From Orbicella franksi (lineage: Eukaryota), in contig OZ116707.1 of assembly GCA_964199315.1 (NCBI GenBank), positions 3,162,001 through 3,226,000 of the forward strand: a stretch of 64,000 nt of DNA, in the 5' to 3' direction. Within the stretch, counting starts at the first letter, position 1. The number at the start of each line of letters is the position of its first letter. The notes beneath the pieces were generated by a model. The model saw nothing but the letters and a program-made list of their open reading frames with translations, ran no database searches and was not told the DNA's origin. Made by a program: the position numbers and the translations under genes. Shown piece after piece: positions 27,101-37,169 of the stretch.

Positions 27101-27850
27101 TTTTCCAGTGAGAGCGTTTATGTTGAAACTTCTTATTTGCATATCCGTGCAAAGTGTCAAAGAAGTTGCTATTCGCATCATTTAAATGCCCATGATCTGA
27201 AAGTTTGCTTGAATTAAATGAATGGGAGAATGAATAGCTAAACTGTGGTAGAGAACAAGTCAAACATTTCCAGTCTGCTTGAAAGTTGTGAAGTCTTTTA
27301 GTGTTGTCCCTTCGTAGCCCCACACACTTGCCGTGATAGCTTCTTTTGCAGCCTTTGCATAATATGGCCGCCTGATTCTTCCTGACAGTCTTGTCGCAAG
27401 AAGAACACTTCGGCTTTGCGGTCGGGCCCAGGTTAGGCTCAATATCATGATGTAGGGCAACATCTGAAATCCATAAGCACATGGATCCACGTTTGGTCCA
27501 TTTGGTTTGAGCTGTCCTGATTCTGGACTGGTTTTGAGTTGTCGCTCGCTTGAAGACATTTGGTTTGTTTGACAATGCGGCGCTCGAGTTTAAACTCTCT
27601 AATGAGTAATTAATTATTTTTGGTGAATTCTTTTCGACACCGGTTTTCCATGACACAAAGATACAAAATAAGAATATAGCAGAAATAAGGCGATTTAAGC
27701 GACTCACTTGCATGTCCTCGACCAACATAACTTTCTTTATGCCGAGAGCGACGCCTATTTATAAACCCAGCGCACAAAAGACTATAATGAAATGGTTATA
27801 ATCGCGGTCGTGCATGCGGCCAGAAACCACTGAATCACTGAATCACTTGT
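24190..27850 (-). mobile_element. Near full-length CR1-clade LINE with PHD finger, APE and RT; frameshifted
   Basis: PHD CSSC...CKGC...HGKC...CLTC (27093-27728); APE FNINAL/LQETK/DRKKGGGG/GDLN; RT NFRPV, LDLSKAF, GVLGPLLFNI, FADDT, KLLG; (CTATGT)n tail at ~24190. Confidence 0.9.
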
Positions 27851-28294
27851 TTGGATTAATTTGGCCACTCACGTGGCGTTTATTTCAAACCATTCAAATG
27901 CTAAGGTGTCAAATTAATCAATTAAACATCGCTATATTTGATTCAGTGAATAAAGTTGGGGCGAAAAACAGCCAGCCCAGTAAGAGGTAGCAAGAGCAGA
28001 GGAGGAGCTCAGGGGATGGTGGAGGGCCGACGAAAGAAAGTAAAGTACACTTCTAAGGCTAAACAGCTATCACGATCGGCGCTGGCAGAAAAAGGGGAGA
28101 GGGTTAGCAGAGCACACGAATTTAAAGCTTGCTCTGCGTGTGGTGTCTAGCCCATTAACGGCTATCTACCTCTGCAGCTTGTACTGTAAGATAAGATAAG
28201 GCCCCGCCTCAGCATAAAACCCATTATCGCGATAAGTCGATAATGGGCCATTTTTCTCGTAAGTTCTTGCACATGCAAATTAACAATAATTAAT

Positions 28295-28440
28295 TACTCA
28301 TCAGAGAGTTTAAACTCGAGCGCCGTATTGTCAAACAAACCGAATGTCTTCAAGTGAGCAACGACTCAAAACCAGTCCAGAATAAGGACAGCTCAAACCA
28401 AATGGACCAAATGGACCAAATGGACCAAATGGACCAAACA
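28295..28440 (+). repeat. Inverted copy of the CR1 5' region (27495-27615) with (AAATGGACC)5 expansion
   Basis: GAGAGTTTAAACTCGAGCGCCG...CAGCTCAAACCAAATGGACC matches the reverse complement of 27495-27615. Confidence 0.8.
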
Positions 28441-29738
28441 TCAACTTTCTAACCCTAAAAGGTATGATGTTACCTGCCCTCACCATAAGTTACAAATTAT
28501 GGCAGTTACAGTACATGAAGGTTAAACAAACCCGATGACTATAATAAAGATTGACAATCTGTCAATGGGCATATTCAAAGCCCTTATAGCTTCTACTTTC
28601 ACTTGGGAAGCTCTCCCTAATTTTTTTCACACCACAAGATGGATTTGCAATTCTAATTTTTCGTCCCAGCTTCTTCTGAATCCAATATGTGTATTGCCTA
28701 TAGGCAACATGTCTGTATCTACTGACAGAGAGAAAGGAATGTAATCAGTAAATGTGAGCAGGGATCGAGGAAAAACTTGAATTCTAACTTGCCCTTCAGA
28801 CAAACAGTTCCGAGTCAAATTTTGCTTGCACAGGGCAAGTCTGAAAGTTTACTTTTTACCCAGGCAGTGAGGCCTGGGTTTAAATTTTGGCTCCATTTTT
28901 TTCCATGTTCAGTCACAAATCGCCGACTGGTCTCTAAAGCGCATGTGCCACCCGTGCTGCGTACAGCACATGGAATTTACAGCAGTTGTCGTTGTGAAAG
29001 TTAGCACGGATTCCATGAGTTCTAGGGCGATGAAATCACATACAAACGAACACACTGTTCAAGGTAGACCAACACTAAAGGATATTAAGCATTTTTGGAA
29101 CAGGTCACTGAAAGCCTTACGAGAGATCAATTTACGAGCAAACATTTTGACTGAATTTATCAAGAATCATGTTATACCAAAGGAGCCATCAACTGGGGCT
29201 ATCAACTCTTCAACTTGATAAAATGCATCTTCAGAAGCATCATCGTACTTTTAGATGTTATTGTGAACCAAGCAGAATCCAAGCACGAACTCAAGAATGT
29301 CTGAGCAACAAGAGCAGAAAGGTTAGAGAATTTGTTTACAAATGTACCTGTTCGAGTACACCTAAGTAAAACACTCTGAGAAACTAAACGATACTCTCTC
29401 GTTATTTTCTCGTAACAGAGTTGTGTCTTTACTAGAGTGAAACTCGTGTAGCGAATTATTGTACATTTAAGCCGCCAGAAACTAATACGTTGACCCCAGC
29501 AAACAATTCTTGGCTTGCACCGTCACGCAATCCTGATGCAATAAAAAATTTATTCGAAAACCATTTAGTGGATAAAATCAAGAAATTGTGATGTTATAGA
29601 AGATTAATAAAGATGACACTTCTCCAATTGTTTAAGTCTGTGCGTTTTCCCAAAACTAAGATATTCGTCGAAATATTTTGCACAAATTAACAGAGCCCAG
29701 TATGGAGCTGCCACGTTGGTGTACCTCTGCACAACACA

Positions 29739-30190
29739 AGTAGTGTAGCATGCTCTTAGGGGCAGTAGCCAATCAGCGGGCAGCAAAAAATGACGTAGCG
29801 GGCTCTCGACCAATCAGATTGCAGCATTTGCTGATGAATAAAAAAGTGGGCGTGGTTTGAAAAAAATTGATGAAGTCACAGGTCAAATGTCCAGATAAGG
29901 GTCGTCAGCTGCTCGCGTGCGTCAAGGTCAAAGGTCAGGGGTAGCCGTAGTCGTCAGCTGCTCACGTGTGGTCAAAGGTCAGGGGTAGCCATAGTCGTCA
30001 GCTGCTCGCACGCGTCAAGGTCAAAGGTCAGGGGTAGGTGTAGTCGTCAGCTGCTTGTGTGTGGTCAAGGGTCAGGGGTAGCCATAGTCGTCAGCTCCTC
30101 GTGCACGGTCAAAGGTCAGGGGTTGCTGTAGTCGTCAGTTACTCGCACGTCAAGGATTTTTGTGGGGTGCGTAGTGCGTAAAAGATCACG
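29739..30190 (+). repeat. Left terminal inverted repeat
   Basis: Reverse complement of 49442-49800, with two extra internal repeat units. Confidence 0.92.
29760..30150 (+). promoter_or_regulatory. Promoter-like TIR: two CCAAT boxes, GC/GT box, CRE-like sites, five DR1 + E-box repeat units
   Basis: CCAATCAG twice (~29769, ~29810); GGGCGTGG at ~29849; perfect AGGTCA-A-AGGTCA at 29925-37 and 30018-30; near-perfect DR1s at 29969, 30062 and 30106; CAGCTG in most units. Confidence 0.55.
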
Positions 30191-30213
30191 CAACCATGGC
30201 ACGGGAAAATGTT

Positions 30214-30650
30214 TTAATAAAGTTCTTTTAACGAGACAATGTACATGGTTTGTTGGGTGATTTTTTGCATCATGTAGAGGGCTTGTTCATCATTGGTTCC
30301 CCAGTGTACAAGAGATAATATCATTTCGTTGGGGGTGAGAAATTCTCCGTGCAGGCCAGAAGACGATTTGAAAATGCGTCCGAAGGGCCAGATATCGGAG
30401 AGGTCCGGTCTCAAGTACACTGGATAGGTAAATTGTCTGTTGAGAAAGATGAGCATGGCATCATTGTGGGGGTGAGGTTCTTCCAGACGGATGTTGCAGG
30501 CAAGGGGTCTCTGGAAAAAAGAGAGGGAAAAATTAAAAAAATTGCCCCAGCCAGGAATCGAACCTGGTTTTCTGAGGCCACAACTCAATGTCTTAACCAT
30601 TAGACCATGGAAGCACTTACCTCTTTATAACTTGCGTTTGCAGCTGTCAT
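30214..30650 (-). CDS. Spliced 108-aa hypothetical protein (MTAANASYKE|RPLACNIRLEEPHP...KELY) whose intron holds the tRNA
   Basis: Exon 1 is 30650-30621. The intron is 30620-30511 (GTAAGT...TTAAT...pyrimidine tract...CCAG). Exon 2 is 30510-30214 (297 nt). The junction is phase 0 and in frame. Confidence 0.65.
30543..30614 (-). tRNA. trnH-GUG: tRNA-His(GUG)-like gene (72 nt), intronic, imperfect acceptor stem
   Basis: GCTTCCA TG GTCT AATGGTTA AGAC A TTGAG TTGTGGC CTCAG AAAA CCAGG TTCGATT CCTGG CTGGGGC A. The D, anticodon and T stems pair fully; A and B boxes are intact; a T7 terminator follows. Confidence 0.85.
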
Positions 30651-30861
30651 CGCTGGGTTCAGGGACAAAGGGTTGGCCGAAATTCACAGTTTTACAATGG
30701 GGGCAAAATCTTTGACTTGGGTGTAGCCACCACATGTTGAGGGCTCTACAACTTCCGTGAAAGAATTGTTTGCAACACGGGGTAAGGAAATAGTCATCAA
30801 TTCTGTGTTTTGGAGAGAATCCTTCGCCACACCATAGGCAGCTTGGGTTGGGAAATGACAT
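30625..30861 (-). CDS. Small RING-finger protein (putative E3 ligase)
   Basis: CLWC-x16-CC-x4-H-x2-C-x14-CPHC. Confidence 0.75.
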   Translation of the reverse strand: MSFPNPSCLWCGEGFSPKHRIDDYFLTPCCKQFFHGSCRALNMWWLHPSQRFCPHCKTVNFGQPFVPEPSDDSCKRKL

Positions 30862-30994
30862 GAGTCTGAAAAAATGACAACTTAATGTTTCTAGTACATT
30901 CTGGGCTGACGTGGCTAATTTGAGGGCGTGCTAATGAATGACGTGTGTGAGCCCCAGTAAATGATCGTCCAAGCTGAGTTTTATTCTTGATACT

Positions 30995-31508
30995 CTATAA
31001 AAAGGGACAATAGGACTGCTCTAAAAAGGGATAATACTGGTGCATGCACTCTTGGTGATAAATGCGTGGTAAATGCGGTAATGTCCATTGGTGACCAAGT
31101 GGAAAATGGATGAGTATGTGATGAGAATGCGGCAGTTTCCAGATGTGTGCTAGTGGGTAATGTTCCAGGATACGGTGGTCGTCACTGAACATTAATAAGC
31201 GATCACAGATAAAACAGGATTCGAAGTTGGGGTGAATTTTCTGCCAGCCTTGTTTTAATCGTTCGTGGGCCCGTAGGCAATTGGCCATCCACTGGATCAT
31301 TTGTTGGAGTTCAAGCGGTAGTTGATCCCAGTGACTGAGTATCTAGGCATTATTAAAAAAAAACATTTTTGAGTGGGACTGACACTATGGTTGCACTAGG
31401 CCTGGAGACAAAGAGAATTAAAAAATCCCAAGTAGGGCTCACCTCACCCGTCTCTTGCTCGTGTCGAAGGGCCTGTCGTAATGGGCTTAAATTGTGGTTA
31501 GTCTCCAT
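30995..31508 (-). CDS. F-box-like + degenerate RING fusion gene, two exons
   Basis: Exon 1, 31508-31443 (METNHNLSPLRQALRHEQETGE|GTGAGC), a phase-0 intron, then exon 2 from 31342: ILSHWDQLPLELQQMI...CFIC...IYHQEC...YCP. Confidence 0.6.
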
Positions 31509-31974
31509 TATCACAGTTGTTGTTTTTTGTTCTATACGCTGACGCCGCAGTCACGCCATCCAAGGATGCTAAGATTTGATGTGGTGCATGCGCTCCCCTG
31601 GGGCGGAGACTTTTTCGGGACCCAAGGCACGGTCAATGTAAAAATGACCTGCTTTGTTGTTCCTAACGGGAAATGGTGTTCACAGATGAGTTTTTTTTGA
31701 AAAGATATTTATAATCCAAGTGCCAAAAAAACCTGTTAATGAAGATGATTTGAACCTAATGTACGTGCCTACCTGACTAAATGTCATGCGATCTCCACGG
31801 CAGGTGCCAATAGCTCAATACAGATTCTAATTATTCATCAAACATGAAAAATCTGTCTAGACTGACTAGCGCCCAGGAGATTAAGATAAGAAAAAAAAAC
31901 TATCAGGCGTTTGATACTATATTTTTTGTTTTATTCATCCACTCAACTGGAACATGAGTTAAAAAAGCTTTAAG

Positions 31975-32618
31975 TTACATAAAAGTGACGGCTAGTGCTA
32001 AAAACGCAATGTTCTCTGGGTCAGTGTCAGTGTTAAATCGACACAATATCTCTTCGGCAAGTGTTGAGGCCAGGAAGGGTGGAGAGGTGACCGTTTCTGG
32101 AGACTGGTTTGGTATTGTCTCTGTTATCTGTGGACAGTTTTGATGTTTTTGGCGATGTTGTCGGATCCTTTCCCGGTGGCGTTCTCTATAACGTTTCTGG
32201 GAGACTTTGTCTCTTTCCCAAATGCTCTCTCTGTGCTTGATCCTGTATTGGCGGTTTAGTTCTCGGATTTTTTCTCAGTGGTGCTCTTTGTAGCATTTCT
32301 GGTTGATTCGGGATCTTTCTCGGATTAATTCGCGGTACTTGGCCTTGTATTTGCGGGCATATTCTCGGGCTTTTTCAGGGTGTCGGGGACGATTGATCCG
32401 CCTCAGTTGTTTGATGTGCTCTTTGTTTTCGGCTCTGTATTTTTGAGCTTTTTCCTGTAGCATTTCTCGGTGTTGTTCTCTGTAGCGTTTCTGGTAGAGT
32501 CTGCTTTTTTCTGGGAAAGATTCGCGGTTCTTGGCCCTGTACTCATGGGCTTATTGTTGGGAATATTCAAGGTGCTTGGTACAATATATCTTGGCTGTTT
32601 GTTTGATACATTGGGCAT
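31975..32618 (-). pseudogene. Basic Arg/Lys/Glu-rich helical repeat protein (~15-aa KRYREQHRE-like repeats), one frameshift and one stop
   Basis: QKRYREQHRE, QKYRAENKE, RKYKAKYRE, QKCYKEHH*E, RQYRIKHRE, QKRYRERHRE. Confidence 0.6.
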
Positions 32619-32872
32619 TTTTTTCTAAATATGCTTTCCGCTTCTCTGTTACTATGTTTAGGGGCAAAAAAATTATGACAAAGCGGGTTGCTTTTCTAGC
32701 GTGCACTTAGGGGTAGCTGGTTGACGCCATCTTTGGGTGTGGTAATATACGCCATCACATTGTTTGCTAGTGCACACTTAGGGGTAGCCGGTTGACACCA
32801 TCTTTAGGAGCTTAATATAAGGGAGAAGTAGTTGTGGTGAGCAAACATTTTTTGTTTTGACAGATAGCTTCG

Positions 32873-33244
32873 ATGCAGCCGGAGAAGGAGCCAGAGAACC
32901 CACAGGAGAACCCAGAGAACCCGGAGGAGGAGAACTCGCTAGATCCGGTCAAAGAATTCATCGTTTTGGTGGTGAAGACGGTTGTTCTCGAGGAAAGCGA
33001 GGAACTCGTCTCCAAAATCACCAAATACCGTTTAAATTTGTGCCGTCGCCTGTCAGATCAGCTACCTAACCTGGCAGGTCAACTGGTCAACATGGCAAGA
33101 TTTCACGCTGGTTTCAAAGCGGGTTGGCAGGAATGGAAAAAGAAGGGCAAGCAACACGAGGAATCTTCCTTTGTGGTGTGTTGTTGTTGGCATCCAGTCC
33201 CCTTTTTCGCTTGTCAAACCTGTGGAGAAAAAAAAAAGTTGTGA
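32873..33244 (+). CDS. Hypothetical 123-aa protein with acidic EPEN repeats and a Cys-rich C-terminus
   Basis: Clean ORF with coding-like composition, preceded by a pyrimidine tract + AG; ends CCCWHP..FACQTC. Confidence 0.55.
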   Translation: MQPEKEPENPQENPENPEEENSLDPVKEFIVLVVKTVVLEESEELVSKITKYRLNLCRRLSDQLPNLAGQLVNMARFHAGFKAGWQEWKKKGKQHEESSFVVCCCWHPVPFFACQTCGEKKKL

Positions 33245-35974
33245 GTCCAGATGAAATTAAAAAATGTTATTTATATTGTTGTTGATTTAAATGAGTAGGG
33301 TGTAAGGGAATGGCAGAGGAATTTGAGCAGTGGGGAAAAAAGCTCAAAGGGAAGATGCCCACCCTACCCCCAGCAAAAAAAAAACTGAGGCTGTGGACAA
33401 GCCTCGTGTACACACCCAACTGGTGACTGTTCTCAACTGCACTCAGCGAAAATGTCATAGGGTGGGTTGACTCTAGAAGAAAATATTTTACTGCCCTCCC
33501 CTTAGGGCCCCTCCCTTCAAACCCTCATCTGCTTGTAGGTAACAAGTTCCAAGCAACATACCAAGGATAATTCACTATACCACAAACGGTCAATTGAAGA
33601 GATGTGTTCACGGTTGGGTAAGGAGACCTTTTTTGGGGTGAGTAGGGCTCCCATTCCCCTACAGAAAAGACATAGGCCCCACCCAAGAGAGGCGGTGGAC
33701 AAGCCTCGACTACATACTCAACTGGTAAAATTTCATAGGGCTGGATTTGGGTCAAAGGCAACAGAATTTGGCACATTTCCAGCCATGTGTGAGGGTAAAT
33801 CCTATTTGATACCACGAGGTGATGTTCGAAAGTTAATCAAAAAAACTTTGAGTAAAGGCGAGATGGTCATAATTTTGTTTTGTCTGCCCCCTCCCTTCCA
33901 AGATAGACCACATGTTACTTCGCTGAAAAATATACAATTTTCGAAATGCTCTCTGTGGCTGTCAACCTTTTCAAAAATGACCACACAAAATGAGCATGAC
34001 TTTAAAAATATCCAAGTTGTTTTTGTCTAACTGGTGGGAGGCTAGGCACCCCCCCAAAAAAAAAGATTTTTCAGAGACCAGTTTTGATCTTGGTATCAAA
34101 GAATACACCTTCTTGAAAAATGGACAACTGCAGCTACTCACACCAAAAACTATAACAGTGTCTGAATATATGATCTTAATTAGCATAGATTTTTATTTCT
34201 CCTTAATTCTAGCTTGGCGCTTGCTCGAACAAACTACCCAGTAGGTTTTTTTTTAATATACTTGCAGTTAACAAGAATGGAAAGCCGGTCCATCACCTTG
34301 TTCCAGCTATTGTATGGAGTGAAACTAAGCTGGTCTCGACGAAATAGGTGAGTTATTACTGTTTTTTCCCCCTGGCCTTTGATGGGCCATGGTTTGATAT
34401 AGGAGGATGATTGCAAGTACCATTTTATGCACAAGATGAAAAAAAGGCTGCTCAGTCATGTTGATTGGACAGGACAAGACAGGAAAAACCAGCCTGAAGA
34501 TATCTTTGAAAGGAGAAAAAACCATCCAACCCAGACTCTCCATTTTTACTTGCCAGAAAAAAGATTATCAATTTTTTAAAATATAAACCATCAAACAGTT
34601 TCAATCAATGCTGCACCTGTTAGGCTACTTGGTAGAATCATGCTGATTGGACAGCACCAGACAGGGAAATCTTTGAAAGGACAAAAAACCATCCAACCCA
34701 GACTCTCCATTTTACTTGCCATTAAAAAAAGAGATTATAATTTTTTTTTTGGTTATTTGGTTGATGTGTTTAACAACAAGCCATCTCTGTTGATCAGTAT
34801 TATAAACAGTTTTCAATGAAGCACCTGTTAGGCTACTTGGTAGAATGTCCATTTTTTTGGGGGGGAAAAAAGGGGGGGCTGGCAGATGTTAACCCACAAG
34901 TTCTTCCAGCCGGCTGAAAACATCAAAGCATTTGAGTAGAAGCCTTTTTTCCTAAAGGCTTCCAAGCAGACCGAGAGCCTTTTTTCCAAAAGGCTTTGAA
35001 ACAAACCTCTTAACAGGAGCTCAACCAGTCATTCCAAAGAAATTATGTTAAAAGGAGAGTGAGCAAACCAACCTTTTTTTTTGGTCCACATTCACGTCGT
35101 CAAAGAACTCGCCATATAGACTCATGTACACTGAAAAAATCCCACAGCCTACCATTTGTCAGGAAGATGGGCTTCTTTCCCTAGCAGTTTACCAAGTGTA
35201 ATCAACTGAAGATTCATCAGTTTGTACTCTGCAGTTTGAACAGTGGGGGTTAGTAAAGCCAGGGCACACCAATGGATGTTGTAATTTGTTTTTTTTAATC
35301 TGACCAACAAGCTGGTCCATTTTTTGCACAAGGACCTATATTGAAGAGGGGAATTCCACCACAGAATAAGAACCCAATAATTCTAAGGTGTGTACATTTT
35401 ATATGGTATTATTTTTTCTTATACTATATTCTATTATTTTTTCTTGTGCTATATTTTTTATGATAGTAGTAACATTTTTTAGTCCATTTAAAATTTGTTG
35501 ACTGCTAGCTGGGCTGGTATAATACTGTCCAGAGAGACAGAAAAAAGATATAGAAGGAAATGGAGACAAATGCAAGAAAATACTTCGACAAAGCTTTTGG
35601 CCAAAAAAGTCCCCAGAGAATGGATTTGGAAACCTCAATCAACAGGAAGGTTGGCATCTGCAACCTAATAATGTTTTCCCCCAGTCTCCTAGAAAATGGG
35701 AGGATGTACAAAATTTTGTCCAAAGTGACCAAAAGTACCTACTTCCTTTCCTGCTTGGCTACTAAAAAGAAGAGAGCAGTCAAGGTTATTACAAGATCAC
35801 TACGAAAAAAATAGCAAGAAAAGTACCAGCTAAAAAGAAGAGAGCAGTCAAGGTTATTACTATGAAAAATAGCTGGAACATTTACCAGCTAGAGTATAGG
35901 AGTTTTCATTTTTTATATTATCATCATGTCTTGCTCGTGGGTTCTGCTAGTCTTTGACCAAAAAATGAGCCTTT

Positions 35975-36655
35975 ACTGGCATGTTACACCATGTAAAAAA
36001 TTTGTTTTTTTTCTCTCACTGTTGAATTTGGATTCAGAGGGCATTGGTGGTGCTACTTTTCTTTCTGAGGCCCTCAAAGTCAACACAACGCTGACAGAAT
36101 TGAAATTGTCTTTTTATGGTTCCAGGTTGGGTTTGATGATGATGAACAAGGGGCTCCTGGAGAGAGCTCGAGAGGTAACCTTCTAGTTTTCATGCATTGA
36201 TTAATTGACTGCACTAAACTATTTTTGGATCAATAGCCTCAAGCTTAGTAAGACAGACTTATTATGTGAATTCAAAAGCCATCCTCAAGAGGTACATGGC
36301 TATTGGAACCAGCCTGTAAAGTAACCACACTACACCTGAGTCAAGCATTACAGTCATCAGCCTATAAAAAATTGTTTTTTTTTTCTCCCAGTGTTGAATT
36401 TGGATTCCAAGGGCATTGGTGCTACTTCCCTTGCTGAGGCAATGAAAGTCAACACTGACAGTATTGAAATTGTCTTCAACCCACGGCTTAGACAGCACCG
36501 TTGTCAGTGGTACTGGTCCTCTCAAGTTTTTACATGACTACACTAAGCTATTTTTTGGATCAATGGCCTCCAACTTACCCAGACAGACTTCTTATGTGAA
36601 TTCAAAAACCATCCTCAAGAGGTTTATGGCTAATGGAACCAGACCTAACACTTGA
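35975..36655 (+). pseudogene. Two tandem-duplicated RI-like/NLRC3-like leucine-rich-repeat modules
   Basis: LNLDSEGIGGATFLSEALKVNTTLTELKLS (~36020-36120) and VLNLDSKGIGATSLAEAMKVNT/LTVLKLS (~36392-36480), each behind a poly-T tract. Confidence 0.65.
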
Positions 36656-37169
36656 CCTCGACACCATCCATCTCACTTTGAGCTTAGCTCTGGCAAAGGG
36701 GGGGAAAAAAATTCCAGCCCAGAAGAAGAGGTTCCACACAAAGAGACGAGATATTTTTGGAAGGATTTTTTATAGTTTCTTAAACAAGAGTGTGATTATT
36801 TTGTAGATGACCAACTACAACTGCACGGATGATGTATATTTTTTTTATAATTAATTTGTACTAGCCATGGGGGCTATGCTGGCAGCTTCCCTATTTAATA
36901 TACCACCACCACAATACATCAAAAACAACCCTATGGATCTCCATGTAACATTTTTTGGAAGAGAATACACAATAAATGAAATTGAGATTTTTTAAAGCTT
37001 GCTGCTGGCTTTGTTAGACATCTACATGGGCCTGAAATTACATGTGGTAATCCAGGGCTTGACATTTTAAAAAATCTTACCCCAACCTTATTATGCAATT
37101 TTGGTAAAGACTCCCCTCACAGATGTTTTTTAGACCAGTGTGCTCACTGGTTCTCAGCATTACATGAAG

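Noticed and set aside
28943-29218. ILTEFIKNHVIPK resembles a Penelope-like ORF N-terminus
   Set aside because: No RT or GIY-YIG motifs nearby; too short to support.
29900-30150. CRISPR-like appearance of the regularly spaced repeats (also 42665-42850, 49480-49640, 49075-49430)
   Set aside because: The units are contiguous tandem repeats without unique spacers, there are no cas genes, and the context is eukaryotic.
33250-35900. Search for hidden capsid, ATPase or integrase remnants; short duplicated segments at 33.4/33.7, 34.5/34.65 and 35.76/35.83 kb
   Set aside because: No Walker A, DDE or long beta-rich ORF was recognisable by eye. The absence is provisional until profile searches are run.
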